64,000 bases of DNA from Cenococcum geophilum (Eukaryota). The DNA is taken from NCBI GenBank assembly GCA_050273025.1, contig CP158635.1, positions 7,068,001 through 7,132,000 on the forward strand, given 5' to 3'. A model generated the notes under the pieces. That model had not been told where the DNA came from and made no database searches. It saw only the letters and a program-made list of their open reading frames with translations. Positions 1 to 15,794 of the stretch are shown here, piece after piece. Numbering within the stretch: position 1 is the stretch's first letter; each line of letters starts with the position of its first letter. A program made the translations under genes and the position numbers.

Positions 1-255
1 GGTTCCTCCAACGATCTCATCTTACAATAAGCTATGCTTCAGTCGGTCGTCCCACTACCATTTTTGCGAGCTTAAACGAGACTGGGAAGGTGATTGCAGA
101 TCTGTTGATCTTCAAGCTCAAATTTTACCCCTCAAATAAAGCATGGCTGAGCTAAGCAAAGCTGGCAACCTAGGTTTCGCCATACGGAATACATCTCCCT
201 AAAATTCCTCTCTATTCTTATTGATAATATTCTCAGATCTACCCAGAGACTTGCT

Positions 256-357
256 TATCCCTTAACCCGTTAGGGTCCTTAGAGAATTCGCTACTGGATT
301 TAATTGGGGGTTCTTCGATTGGCTAGTCCCTTATCCAAATCAACGGGTTAAGGCATA
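256..357. mobile_element. ~100-bp TA-flanked MITE (family A, copy 1)
   Basis: TA-TCCCTTAACCCGTT...AACGGGTTAAGGCA-TA terminal inverted repeat; near-identical inverted copy at 16174-16289. Confidence 0.8.
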
Positions 358-583
358 CCCTTTGTGCCTTGCATCATAAGATGTTGGTAGGGGGGGCATC
401 CACAGGAGCTTCCTTGGGTCACGTGATCATCGCTTAGCTAGTATATAGAGTCGTCCCGAAGGGACGACTCCACCTTATGGAGTCCACACTTTCATACACC
501 TGCATTCCCGTGCGACATAAGATAATAAAATGTGGCCCGTGCACGGGGCCAAGAGAACAACTTGCTCGTGTCAAGTATATAGT

Positions 584-858
584 TACAGGCAAAACTCCTT
601 AGTACGATATGGGTTTTGGCGCCGAATGTATCGTAATACCAATATCAAGAGTCACGTGTAGGGTGAATAAGCAGTAAAACTTCAATAAAAAGTGGATCTT
701 AAAGCCTAAAGGGCTAGATATACCCCCTTCCCATACAACTAGTTATACCGATATTGGTGGTAGAGCTTAACGATATCGTTAAAAGTCAGATTATCGTTAG
801 TTACACCAAAAAAGGCTTAATTAGGGCGTGTAGATCGTAATAAGGAGTTTTGCCTGTA
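584..858. mobile_element. ~270-bp Tc1/mariner-type MITE (family B)
   Basis: TA-CAGGCAAAACTCCTTA(g)TACGAT at 584 and ATCGTA(a)TAAGGAGTTTTGCCTG-TA ending 858: ~24-bp TIR, TA TSD, no ORF. Confidence 0.85.
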
Positions 859-1644
859 GTATCTATCACATCGTAACCGCGCCAAACGACCCCCCCCCCG
901 CGATACCAGACACGAAGCTATACTTTTTTCTTCCTCCACGTGATATCTTACATGTAGAGTGTAGCTTTGGCCTAGAAGAGAACTCTATATTTTTATAAGG
1001 CTGTTACGTGCTATAGACTCTACTAGATATACTAGGGGTAGAGAAGCGTTATATAGCTTGAAGTAGTAGTATATTATCACGTGCGATATCCCGGGGTAGC
1101 CTTACAACGAGCTCAACGAGCCCTACGACGGGCCGGAGGAGCACCAAACTTTAGCTCTGGATTGGTGGTAGAGCTCACCCACCTGGTGGGTAAACTGAAC
1201 CACTAATCCACCTGCTTGGAGGAAGCAGGGGGGTGGCAGGGGTAGGATCAAGCGCCTTGCCCACTCGGGCAGGTGGTGTAGTGGGTGGTCCTCAAAAAAA
1301 AAGGGTCTAATGTCGGTTAACAGACCAAGAATAATGCTTGGAGAACTCCAGGACAGTCATTTGATGAGACCCACCAAGGAGGATTGTTTCAGATTGTCAG
1401 GAACTGCTCGTTCATGGTAACCTTGATGGAAAAAGGAAGGAAAGAAAGACGTTAGAATAAAATTGCTTGGCATGGCTTCTAGCGAATCACGTCGTGATCG
1501 CGCCGCAACAAGCGCGCTCCTGCATTCACGCCTCAATAGCCGCTCATATACCATAGCTCAGCGTTGCTGCTCCTTCCCACTTATGCCAATATTTCGCTCC
1601 TCCCACAACGTCGATAAACCTTTATTGTTTTTACCTTTCTCATC

Positions 1645-2310
1645 ATGCCTTACACACCGAACAATGACTGCGACAACCAGTGCGCTAATATTCCTTTTCA
1701 AAACTGGGCGACAGACTTAGCAATTCCGCCAACGCCCCCCCCACTTCCAAGAAGCGCAAAGCCAAAGTCTTTAATTCCTCAACCGCCTACGCTTCCGCCA
1801 AACGCTTTCCGGTCCATCAGTAACTCCGCCTTCTTGCAGGTTATAACCGCAGCGAATGCGTCTAACAAGCAAGACTACACTAAATCGCCTTTTCGGCCCT
1901 GTCATCTGTTTTTCTATGGCTCCTTGATGGATCCAGAAGTTCTCCAAGCCGTTCTGGGGCTTCCCGAAATTCCCGCAGTTAAATGTGCGAGTATTACCGG
2001 GTTCTCTATGAAAATGTGGGGGGTATATCCAGCTTTGGTCCGGGATGGGAATGGGAAAGTTTTTAGGACACTATGGGGGGTAACCTCTAAAGCCCAATTC
2101 CTTAGGCTTGCGGAATATGAAACATCCGTCTACACGTGGTGTGAATGCGATGTTGAATTAAACGATGGCGGTACGCTACATAATTGTCGGACTTTCTGCT
2201 GGGCTGGCAATCCAGACAGTAAAGATCTAGAGGATGGAAGCTTTGATCTGGAACGCTACCAGAAATATTTTAAATCATCTGTTACTGGTCGCCGCCCCTC
2301 CGCAGAGTAG
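1645..2310 (+). CDS. Gamma-glutamylcyclotransferase/AIG2-like protein
   Basis: LFFYGSLMDPEVLQAVLG, YPALV and LAEYE motifs; Pro-rich N-terminus; single ORF of 221 aa. Confidence 0.8.
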   Translation: MPYTPNNDCDNQCANIPFQNWATDLAIPPTPPPLPRSAKPKSLIPQPPTLPPNAFRSISNSAFLQVITAANASNKQDYTKSPFRPCHLFFYGSLMDPEVLQAVLGLPEIPAVKCASITGFSMKMWGVYPALVRDGNGKVFRTLWGVTSKAQFLRLAEYETSVYTWCECDVELNDGGTLHNCRTFCWAGNPDSKDLEDGSFDLERYQKYFKSSVTGRRPSAE

Positions 2311-2454
2311 TTATTCTCCTCTCTTGATTGCGTCGGTGATTCTAAGAGCATTGAATGCTCTTCAGCATCTGGTGCTTCCAGTGACTCCTCCATCAAACGC
2401 ATCTATCAGAATTCCAATACTACGGCCACCGATAGGACATTCGCAAGCTCTTTA

Positions 2455-2937
2455 GTGTTAACCGTACTAGTCCTCAAGTCAAAGGCCTTCAAAAGTCTTC
2501 TAGCTGGTGCAGGTATTTGGTTTTTCACCTGTCTCGTATTGCTTGTTCTCCTAAAGCGAAACCTAAAAGATCTAAAAGCCACATCAGCAAACCGCACACG
2601 TTTCTACAAACATGCGACAATAAGCACACTTCGATTCTCCACCGCCTTAGCACTTGCATCTGTTCTTGTTACAACATAAACATTAGGTGCCTTGCAGTAC
2701 CTGACGACCTCGCTAACCGACTCCCCGGTGAAGATCACGGCCGGTACCTCGTTCCAGGTTCTACAATGGCTGGCATTTTCCTTCTTGACCGTCTCTAGTC
2801 TTGGAATCACGACCATTTTTAAATACACGGATGGAACTGTGAAGTCGGCTGGTAGTGATATGGAGAAGGGAGCTTCAGGGTGTCAGGGGGAATGTCAGCC
2901 GGACATACCAGGTCAGGAAAACTCGTGTCTAGATTGA
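2455..2937 (+). pseudogene. Fragment of a multi-TM membrane protein (possibly Fig1/Sur7-like) with an internal stop
   Basis: ORFs 2455-2679 and 2692-2937 are in the same frame, separated by TAA (plausibly CAA>TAA); three hydrophobic segments; GTSFQVLQWLAF; no proper 5' end. Confidence 0.4.
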
Positions 2938-3199
2938 TCTACGAAGAAAAGAGACTATCCCTTGCATTGATAAACGTGTCCTTAGAGCTGTGCTCCGTGC
3001 GCACCAATCAGGAAGCTGTATACGCAGGCGGTCAATCGTTCTGCCAGATAACCAAGGCCTCGTGCTCCGGGGGCTGGCGGTGGCTTTTTCGCGACCCTTT
3101 TGGAAGTAGGATATTGAGTAGGCTATACAAGATCTATATCAATAGGAATGTAGTTACGAACCATTGTGGTGTAATTAATTGATAAAGTTATCTATTCTC

Positions 3200-3959
3200 C
3201 ACTTAACGTGAAGGGGTTGTAATAATTTGGGCTTGCTTTAAGTAGGAATAGGGTAATATTACGGCTTAAGGCTTCTAAGATCATATCTACCCTAGCCTAA
3301 AGAACTTCTACAAATACTATAATAGGGAATATTATATGTATTATAACGCCTACTAGCCGTTTAATCCTATCCCATCTATCGCATAAATAGACGGCGCGCC
3401 CGCCCATAGAGCTTAATCTACTAAAGCTAGATTCGCGGCTAACCAAATCTGACTACTTAATTGGCCCCTAAATAGCCCTAGTCTTAACCTAATTAAAGCT
3501 CTTTAGAAGATAATAAAGGAGCGAATTGCCCAGCGTTGTAATAAGCCTCGTACGGAGGAGCAGATGCAACAGGCAATTTAGGAGGAGTGGGATAAGATTA
3601 CACAAGAAGATCTATACTGACCCGTCGCATCTATAAGGCAACGCGTACGCGACGTAATTGCGCTAAAGGGGGCATAACTAAGTGGTAGATTTAGGTAAGA
3701 ACTTAAAGGAAGGAACTGAATACTCGTTTGGCAATTTGACGATCGCTTGATTGCTCCTCCGTAGAAATCAGTATATAGGCAAAATCCCTCACAATCGTTT
3801 GATTTGAAAAGCTTCATTTGAATTTGATATGGGCGTTTTTTAAAGCACACCGATCTGTCAGAGATTAACCCCATTTTACCTAGTAAAACAGGCGGTGTTC
3901 TCCGAACGATCGGCAGCGCTAAGAAAGGCACTTTCAACCGGATGCGCCAGGGTGGTGTA
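3200..3959 (+). mobile_element. 3' relic of a Tc1/impala-like DDE transposon with right TIR (RIP-mutated)
   Basis: De-RIPed reading gives VMIWACF...DGAPAH...WPPNSPDLNPIEALW; ends with CTTTCAACCGGATGCGCCAGGGTGGTG-TA, matching the TIR of the MITE at 18809-18996. Confidence 0.85.
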
Positions 3960-4057
3960 CATGAGGAAGGTGCAGGCCCCGGGAGGGAGGTGGTAGGCAA
4001 CTGAAACAAGGTGATACGCAACTGGAACAAGGTGAGACAACCCGATTTGGTCGATAC

Positions 4058-4795
4058 TTATTCAACGATCTCTCCCTCTTCCTCATTCATTCCGGTCTGC
4101 ATGAAATCTCGAAATGCCTTGCGCAGGTTATCAAGACTCTGGTTTCTTATCTTCCCCTCGATTTCAATGACATCGCTCATTGAAATACTGGTAGACATCA
4201 GATGGACCGAGGTTTCAGGCCGTAGGGTGAATGAAAGGTCTTCTTCAGCCACCTCAATGGGTTGATATTGAGATAAGTTGTTATAATCGTCATCGGTATC
4301 GTATCTAATACCAAGATACTCTCTCCACCTTTCCGGGTTCTTCGATATGAGGCCCTTACCTCCAAAGGTGAAGAGAGGCAGCGCGTTGAGATGGTACAAG
4401 CTCCTCGATATTACGATGTAATGGCGAGGCTTGTAGAGCCAAGAGCCAAGATCATTATGGAAGACTTGGCCTTTGGTTTTTATAGAACCTAGGTCATTCA
4501 CTTGACTAACAGTCAGGCATTTAAAGATCGTGCCAGGCTGAAAATCTTCGCGACGGTACGTTCTTCGGGTCCTTGGCTCCTCACTTGAGCTAGAGACGCT
4601 TCGGGAGGCGTATGAACGGTCTCGGAAAGATGCCGTAGAAAATATAGAGGAATCGCGCCTTCTGTGAGTTAGCAGTGAGCTAGGTGATGGTGGCGATGAG
4701 CAGTAAGAATGTGGTCGATAAGAACCTATTCGGGGCCGACTGTAGGGCTTCTCAACCCGAAAAGATCTACTTTTGGGGCTATTTTCTGACGCCAT
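4058..4795 (-). CDS. DUF6590-like (predicted PemK/MazF-like fold) protein with Ser/Arg-rich N-terminus
   Basis: FQPGTIF...KPRHYIVIS...HLNALPLFTFGGKGL pattern; intact 245-aa ORF. Confidence 0.6.
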   Translation of the reverse strand: MASENSPKSRSFRVEKPYSRPRIGSYRPHSYCSSPPSPSSLLTHRRRDSSIFSTASFRDRSYASRSVSSSSEEPRTRRTYRREDFQPGTIFKCLTVSQVNDLGSIKTKGQVFHNDLGSWLYKPRHYIVISRSLYHLNALPLFTFGGKGLISKNPERWREYLGIRYDTDDDYNNLSQYQPIEVAEEDLSFTLRPETSVHLMSTSISMSDVIEIEGKIRNQSLDNLRKAFRDFMQTGMNEEEGEIVE

Positions 4796-6245
4796 GTTAG
4801 CTTTATCGTAAACTAATAGAACGGATTGAAATGGATTGTATCTTTGCTACTGCTTATCAGTACGCCAAAAGGTTCAGAGTGAAGAATACTTAGCTGAAAG
4901 CAGACAATGCCTAGCTGAAAAGCAAACAAAAACGGCACTTCCCCACCTTCACCAGGAAGCTGTTAACCCAAGCGTACCAGCAAGAGTAGCTCGAACCATA
5001 CCAATGATCGATCAAGAAGCGCCGATATCAGTCTTTATATACTTCCTGCGCGGACTTTCTCTAGCTAACGAACTATGTTGCAAACTAAACAAAGCTAGGA
5101 CAATTGATGACATTTTAGCAAACAAACAAAGACTATAAATAAAACAATGGCATAGAATGTAAAATAAAGGTACAAAGAAAAAGTCAAGATATAGGGAGAG
5201 CAATAAGGAGACAAGAACAAAGAGAACTGATAGACTGTCAAATGATTTTAACAGAATAGCTCCTTCCCTAATAGGGCTTCTGCGACATGAGACCAAATTC
5301 TTTGTTTACTAAAGCAAGTCTTTCTCATGAAAATAGCCAACTATTTTCAGGTAGTCTTGTACAATCGACCTGAAATAATTCTCTACCGGTCAACATCGCA
5401 CAATCGTTCATACTGCGGGCTGCGGACTACAGGCTAATACTTTAAGACAAATGCGATAGAATACATCTATCGTGATTATATTTCCATACTCCGCCTCTAA
5501 TCGGAATGAACCTCATAGCAAAACTACTGTCAGATGATACGGACTAAAATATCTAAGCCGTAAATCAGAATACGGGGATCTCAGAAAATGATGAGCTCAC
5601 CTAATGCTCACGCTCAGACTTGCTAACAAGCAAGCTCAGCAAGCATTCACCAGGGCTAGGTACTTTTGATAGTAAACGCTTGAAAACCGAAGTCGTATGC
5701 GTCCTGGAAGTAGATTTCCGCTTTGGATATTGCTTCCGGGCCGCGAGAAATATGTCCATCCGTGGAGGCATCAATAGAATGATGTCACCAGATGCCGCTC
5801 TTCTGTCGTCTCGAGAGTATGCCGGAAGAATACGTGGACTGCAAGGCAGCGTCTGGTTGAGGGCCCCACCCACACGGCCAACTTCTCGGGCACGGATCAA
5901 ATTTCCCTTTTCAGGGGCCCCCCGGATAAAAATCGGCCCACCGACAAGTGTCCTTAAACTCCGCGCCGGCTAGTTATTCCCCGTAGTTATCTGTCCAATT
6001 GACAGCCGCCAATTCTCATCTCTACGCTGCCTTTCCGAGTCTGACTGCCCACACCTACCTCTCTTCCCTTTTAAGTCCAACTCCTCCTCCGCCTCGACCT
6101 TTCCTTCTCCACACCACTCGCAAACACTCCGTGCTCCCCTTTGTCCGTCCGACTTGGCAATCCTGCTAGATCGCTATATCGAAAGTGGATTCATTGGGAC
6201 GAATCCGCCTATTTCGAGCCAACATAATCGGTTAATCTGTCAACA

Positions 6246-7006
6246 ATGGCAACCAAGGAATTCAGCTACTCCGACGTCTCGGAACATAGCTCCAAGAAGG
6301 ACCTCTATCTCGTCGTCCACGACAAGGTCTACAATGCGACGAGCTTCGTGGACGAGCATCCGTACGTGGCCTTTTTTCAACCTTACTCCCTTAAGGCTTC
6401 CCACTGCTCCTAAATATATGCTCGGTCCCTCAACAATTGTTGAAGAGGGCACGCATACACACGACGTCCTTAAGCAATTCTGCTTAGCGTTTTCAATGTT
6501 TTTATCTACAGATCATCTGTTAACTCTACAACGCTCGCTACAGAGGTGGTGAGGAAGTCCTCCTAGACGTCGCCGGCCAGGACGCAACGGAAGCATTCGA
6601 GGATGTCGGCCACAGCGACGAGGCCCGTGAGATCCTTGAGGGACTACTCGTCGGCGTGCTGAAGAGGAAGGTACGACATTCTCCCCTCCCTTCTCTCCAT
6701 CTCCACAAAATCAAACTCGGATAATTCCCACGGCTGTCGGCCGTCGGCCGAGCTCAATATCTACCTCGGAACAATTCCGCTACCCTGTTTTGAAATGTGG
6801 TACTTTGGATATTTGCATGTGCTGATGTAGAATCTTGGTCCAACCAGCCCGGCGACCCAGCCCCGAAGACGCACGAGCCGGGAGTCACGCCCTCAGGCAC
6901 TGATAACGCCGGCATGGGCGTTGGTCTCTATGCTGTGATCCTCCTCGGCGGTCTTCTCGCTTTCGGCGCCTACAAGTACATGCAGGCAAGCCAAGAGAGC
7001 CAGTGA
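6246..7006 (+). CDS. CYB5: Cytochrome b5 (tail-anchored), 3 exons: 6246-6361, 6544-6670, 6848-7006
   Basis: Spliced product [14 protein letters not shown]...[39 protein letters not shown] introns; C-terminal TM helix. Confidence 0.95.
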
Positions 7007-8002
7007 GCGAGCGCTGCCCCATCACCACGAAGCCGAGGGATAGAGCGCGGCGCCGCGGGTACGATAGAGGGTAGTTTGCGGCTAGAAGTGTAGGCAAGGA
7101 GGGAAAAAACGCACGCTTGACTATCACAATTCTTTGGGTTTCCTCACGGAGAGGCGCACACACCGGGAATATTCGGGGTCGGGGGAGGTTGTGTCGGCTG
7201 CGGGATAATGTTTTCATCAAACATCTGTCCTGCTTTCTTGTATTTGGGTATTTGGATTTTCCTTTTTCGCGATGGACTTGAATCGTTGTACTCGTGCTGT
7301 TTTGACCCAGCATGGCTTCACAAACTTCCCACATCCCCTCAAACCGGCGTAGAAACGGGCACTTTCAGACCTCATCCTTCAACCCAACTGCTTTTTGTGG
7401 CGCTCTTTTCGCCTGTGGGTTTGGCCCGAGCTCCTTCACATATAGATGGGTAGCCTTTTATTATCAGTTCTTCCCTTGAACCGCTTTAGAACCTACATCT
7501 TGCCCTCTATGCGCTCTGTGGTGATCCGCCGTACCCCGATTTATCATCATTTCAGTCTGGCCTCATCACAAACTTTCTAGACGCTTCCACGCTCTGTAGG
7601 CCCCCTGCCCTATCTGCCACATATGCCGCCAACCGGCTCACCTCAGCCACGAGGAGATAAAAATAAAAACCCAACAAGTCCATTGCGGGAAGATACTCCG
7701 ATCCCTCGGAAACCACTCCCGAAAACAGTCTCATTACCCAGCACTTAGATAATCATATACTGATATTGCATTCCATCCGCACAAACTTAGCATAACTGAC
7801 ATATCTCTGTACACGTGATATTTTCCGCTATCAGTCTTTCCGCCCCACACGGCGCCTCGGCGCTGGCCGCTACGAACCCGGTTATACCAACCACCACGTG
7901 CTGTTTCATGACCAAAGACGAACGACATCGCATGCATGCAGATTCCTACCCCCCCTCCTTCCCCTCTCCCAACCCTCCACCCGACCCACCACATCCTCTC
8001 CC

Positions 8003-8310
8003 CTACCGATAAAACCCCTCATCCCCATCCACCCCACCGTCTTCCACGCTGCGCGCGCCCACCGCGCCCCACCTGCCTTGCTGCTGCTGCTGTTGTTGCT
8101 GTGGGGGATGATACGCCTGATACGCGCCGCCGGGCCTGCCGCCGGCCCCGCCGTCAAGCGGCGGACTGCTCGGCACGCCGGGCGGCGGGTACGCGGGCTG
8201 GTGGCGCTCGTACGGCTCCTGCGGTGAGACGTGCGGCAGCTGCGGCGAGTAGAGCGGCTCGTACGCCTGCTGCTGGGCCTGCTGCGGCGGGTAGTTGGAT
8301 GATGGCGGCG

Positions 8311-8345
<35 letters not shown>

Positions 8346-10637
8346 GAAGGAGGGGCGGAGGGGTGCTGGCTCTGGTGCAGGTTAGATGGCGCGTAGCCCT
8401 CGAAGCCTGGTTCTTGCGATGGGGGCTGCGATGGCTGCTGCTGCTGCTGCTGCTGTTGCTGTGGTTGGAGCGGGAGGCCCTGGGTTGGGTTGAAGCTGGC
8501 GCGGTTGTCGACGGGGGAGTCGTAGTGGCCTGTTGCGAGCTCCTGCGGGCCGAATGCCATCGAGTGCGGCCGGCCTTGTCCGACGCGCATTTGCTGCGGC
8601 GCGTAGGGGTCCGTGGAGCCCGGTTTGGGGCTTGCTCGTTGGGGTTGTTGGGATGGGGGAATCATGAAGAAGGCCGCGTTCGGGCCGTTCGGGTTCGGGC
8701 CACCGGGATACTGGGACGCGGCATCGGAGGGAGCGTTGGGTGGGCCGCCGCCGTAGTAGCGCGCGGGCTCTTGCTGCGGTGGTGGGCTTTGTGGTGGGTA
8801 GCCCGGACCGGCTGGGGGTGCGCCGTACGTGGCCTGTTGAGGGGCGCCGTAGCTGTAGGGTGGACGGCCGTATGTCGGTTGTGGCGGTTGGGACATTGAC
8901 GCTTCCAGCAGGGATTCGTAGTCGCGGCGGGCTTTGATGAATTTCTCGTTGAGTTGAGTGAAGTCGTCTTTGAATCGAATTAGCACCTCGTCAAGGACGA
9001 AAAGAGCCGAGACAAGGATTGTAAAGTACTTACCCTTTTTCTGCGAATATTTGCCAATGAGTTCAATGAGCTTCGGTCGTATTGCTAGGGTAGAGTGGTA
9101 TAGTGTCTATACCAACGTTGTCAGCACCGAGCGTTCGAAGAGCATGTTCCCTCCATAGCATACCGTGATCTCCTCATTGTCCCTAACATCTCCCTCGCCA
9201 GCTCCCGAGCTCGTACTCAGCAGGGCAAGTAATTTCTCTACATTCCTGATTTCAGCAAACACCTCTGTCTCCATCTGTGCCTCCCTTTCTAATTCCTGCT
9301 TCGTGGGGTCTTGCAATTTCTCTACATAGTTCAGCGGAAAGATACCCATCTGCCCTCGCAGCGATCCTTTCCACCAGTCCTTATACGCAGACTCGAGTAC
9401 CGCAATGACGTCGCCTTTCCGGAATTGCAGCTCACCGGGTTCAGAGGGTTGGAAATCAAAGAGTGCTCGAACGCGGGAAACGGTTGCGGCGGTGGTACCA
9501 GATGGGATGGGTTGTGACCGTTGTTCTGTAGGCTGCGAGGCAATCAAAGCAGCAGCAGCCGCGGGTTGGTTTGATTTCGCAGCTGACGGAGCGGCGGAAG
9601 CCTTGTCTTTGATGGAGAGGGCGAGGGCCATCTGGAGTTCATCTTCCTCTTTCTTACGGTCAATGTCAGTGATTTGTGTTTTTTGTGGCTTCGACGGTGC
9701 TCGAAGAGATGGATCTGTATTGCCGTAAGCTTTCGGGGCCACATCTTAGGTAAAAATTACATACTCTGCGTTTTAAGCTTCATGTAGGCTGCATGCATGA
9801 TCCCTAGATCTGGATCACTAGCAAACATCTCCGTCCACTCTGCCATCCGCTCTAAGATCTTCGCTTTGACTTGTGGGTGAGTGTTCTGTACCCCAATATT
9901 AGCGTCGCCCGTCCAAAACCATAAACCCCCAGTATCTCTTCTCCATCTTAGAACTAAGCCAGTATAACATTTCTTCAATCCCTATCCACTACTTTCTCCC
10001 TTCCGTATAGGAACCTAGTACTCACCCTATCCGCGGCGAGCCTCAAAAGCGCATCCGTAAAGCTCCTGCTGGCCAGCTCCTTATGCATCTTGATGCCGCA
10101 GTTCTGGCTCAGCGCATTCGCTAGCTCTAGCGTGTACAGCTGCACATTCGCATTGCGGTGCGCGAGCCGCTTGATCATGGCCGCCACGGCATCTTTGGCT
10201 CCCGTCTCCTCCTGACCAACTTTGTCGCAGACATCCTAAAGCACAGGAAAGTTCGTCAGCCTAGTCGGTCCCAAGCTTCAATCATCCTTCTCTCCTCAAA
10301 ACCATACACTTCAGTTATGTATGCTATCTGAGGGACATAGCAGTGAGGGAGGGAATATGTAGGTGCTGGGCTCGTCGGGGGCACAGCGTACAAGTATGTA
10401 TTCCCAGTTCTCGCTCGTTAGGTTCTCGTCGGTGGCCTTGACTATTCGCAACAACCCAGTAGATTAGCACACGCACAAATCACAAGTTCAGCCTTCTTCT
10501 TCTCCGCTCCGCCGCCCACGACTCGCCCGGCTGCTGCCCCACCAGCTCGCCCGCAGAAAGCGAATCCCGAAGCTCAAACCCCAAAAAGGTTACCTACCCA
10601 CGACATCATCGAAAGCGTTCTGCTGCGCGCGGAACAT
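8003..10637 (-). CDS. HSE1: ESCRT-0 subunit Hse1/STAM (VHS-UIM-SH3-GAT, Gln/Pro-rich tail), multi-exon
   Basis: MFRAQQNAFDDVV start; KRLAHRNANVQLYTL (VHS); EEDELQMALALS (UIM); VRALFDF...WWKG...GIFPLNYV (SH3); polyQ tail. Confidence 0.93.
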
Positions 10638-12073
10638 TGTATTTCTTCTTCAACTACTCCGGAAGCAGCCGCGAGTCGGTAATAGAGGGAAAAGAAGAGT
10701 ATTAAGAAGGTTCTGTGGAGTGAGAGGTGGGTGTTGAAGGAGTACAGGTTGCTACTTGGTGCACTTAGGTGAGATATGCAGTTGGAAGTTCGCCTTACAT
10801 AGCTGCGCCCGCACCACCAGCTTGGCTCTGGGGGGCAGAAACGTCACCATGGCGGCAGAGCTTACGAATGGAGCTTGCACGGGTCTGGCAGAATAGACGA
10901 AAATTCGAGTCTTCTCTGCCACATTTTCGCCTGCTATTGCTATGCGCCGTCGCAATTCACACACGTAGTAACTGCTGTCGAAACCAAAAAAAAGAATACA
11001 AATGCTTAATTCATATCACCCACGCATTCAGCAGCTGGGCGTATTTTGGAGAAGAGACACGATAGACTTCTAACTCGTCGAAGCTATGCCTGACTCCGGA
11101 TTTCATACCCATCCATCCCCTTTTTGATTTGCCAGTCAATCAATTACACATTGAAACAAACGTCGCCATGACTCCATTACCAAGAGCCAACCGCAAGGAC
11201 AAGTAATGCCTCAAAAGGAAGAGGGTGCGTTGCCACCACTTCACCATCCCATCAATCCCAATCCAGACGTTCCATTGGGGAACGCCTTGTTCGTCTAGCC
11301 ATCCGTCCGTTTCACTCGCTGTTGCCTGTTCACCTCCTGCCTCCCAATTCATGCCCATAGCTGCTCCATCCACAAGTTCCTCCCCCATATGTGGCGCACC
11401 ATGCGTTGACCAAGGCCGTACATGTGCTGCACATAGCATCTCTTTAACCGCAACAACAGAACAAAAGAAAAATTCACAGAAACGACGGCAAGCCAGCGTT
11501 ATCGGCCGATATTGCAAAGACCAATGCAGGACGGCGGAAAGCGGCCGATAACAAGTAATAATAAAAAAAGGAATAAGCGCTTAAGCGGGCCGCGTCGCCG
11601 CGTTTATAAGATGGTGCAAAAGCCGGAATATAACCCAAGCTCAGATGTCGTCGAGCACGGCTCCAGAAGTGACTGGTCAAAGTCGCAAAAGAATGGAAGA
11701 ATAGTAAAAAAAAATATACAGGCAGGATTAACACCTGAGAACCGAAAACGTAAAGAAATCTTATGGGAATTGCTAGGCAATTGCAGCCAAATAAGCGTAG
11801 TGGTACCTTCAAATTCTCCTCCAGGATTCAATGATAAAATATGCGAAAAATGCCTTCGGGGCCCTCCACAAGATCAAAGAGAGAGAAAGGGAATTTTCCA
11901 ATGCAGCAAGCTTCCATCTCGAGTAGTTTAGAGATGCATCGAGTGTTCAACATGCGTATAAAACGTGTATATGTTTTTCCAGCAGGCGATGCGGACAAGT
12001 AGTGCAGGATGAGCGGATTCGTATACAAGTTCGTAAAAAGGATTCTGAAGGCAATGTTCAGAGATAAATGTAC

Positions 12074-15081
<3,008 letters not shown>

Positions 15082-15737
15082 TGCCAGCTTCCTCGTTTCC
15101 CTGTCGGCTAGCGGGCCGCAGTAAGATGGGCCTGATTGACTGCTCCTGGGAAGAGGGGGGAAGAGGGCGCACAACCGTTACTCAGAGGATGGGCAGGTAT
15201 GGTTTTGGGAAGAGCAAAATACCCCGTCTAAGCCTAGGCAATGAGGTTTGGATGCTTGCAAGACCGAGGTAGCGTCTTAACTGCTTCACGCTGGAAAGCA
15301 GACGAGACGAGTTAGGGCACGGGATAGTGGCCGGCCCCTTCGCAAGCTGTCAAATTGCCAGAGAGGTCCTTAAAAAACCGCCTCGCTGTGATTCGGCCGG
15401 CGCGCGTCTTTATCATGGGAGCCCTGTAGCGGGCAAAGGCCCTCCAGCCAGCCTGAGTGAGGGAGCACCCGAGGGACCTCTCCACCCGCCTGTTTTCGTG
15501 AAGATCTTCCAGTAATAACAGCGGCAGCAGCAGCAGCAGCCAGAAGCCAAAACCGAAAGACAACAAGAGTCGTCCTGTCGTCAGATCATTTCCGCCCATC
15601 TCCTTTACAGATCCCTACATACTTTGCATACGCAAACACCATGGTATTACCACCGGCCAGGGCACTGGGCGTTTCAGAGTGGCGATCGTCTCTAACGCGT
15701 GGCGAAACAAGCCCCATCTCAAGCCGCATTTGTACCA

Positions 15738-15794
15738 AAGTCGCTCTAAGGTCGCTTTAAGGTCGCTCTAAGGTCGCTTTAAGGTCGCTCTAAG
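15738..15794. repeat. 11-bp tandem repeat (AAGGTCGCTYT) x5
   Basis: Directly visible, with alternating CTC/CTT variants, upstream of STE20. Confidence 0.9.

Noticed and set aside
262..351. piggyBac MITE (TTAA-CCC...GGG-TTAA)
   Set aside because: Both copies share sequence beyond the TTAA out to a TA dinucleotide, so TTAA is inside the TIR rather than a TSD
7898..8937. Plus-strand poly-Leu/poly-Ala ORFs
   Set aside because: Antisense shadows of the HSE1 polyQ/Pro tail
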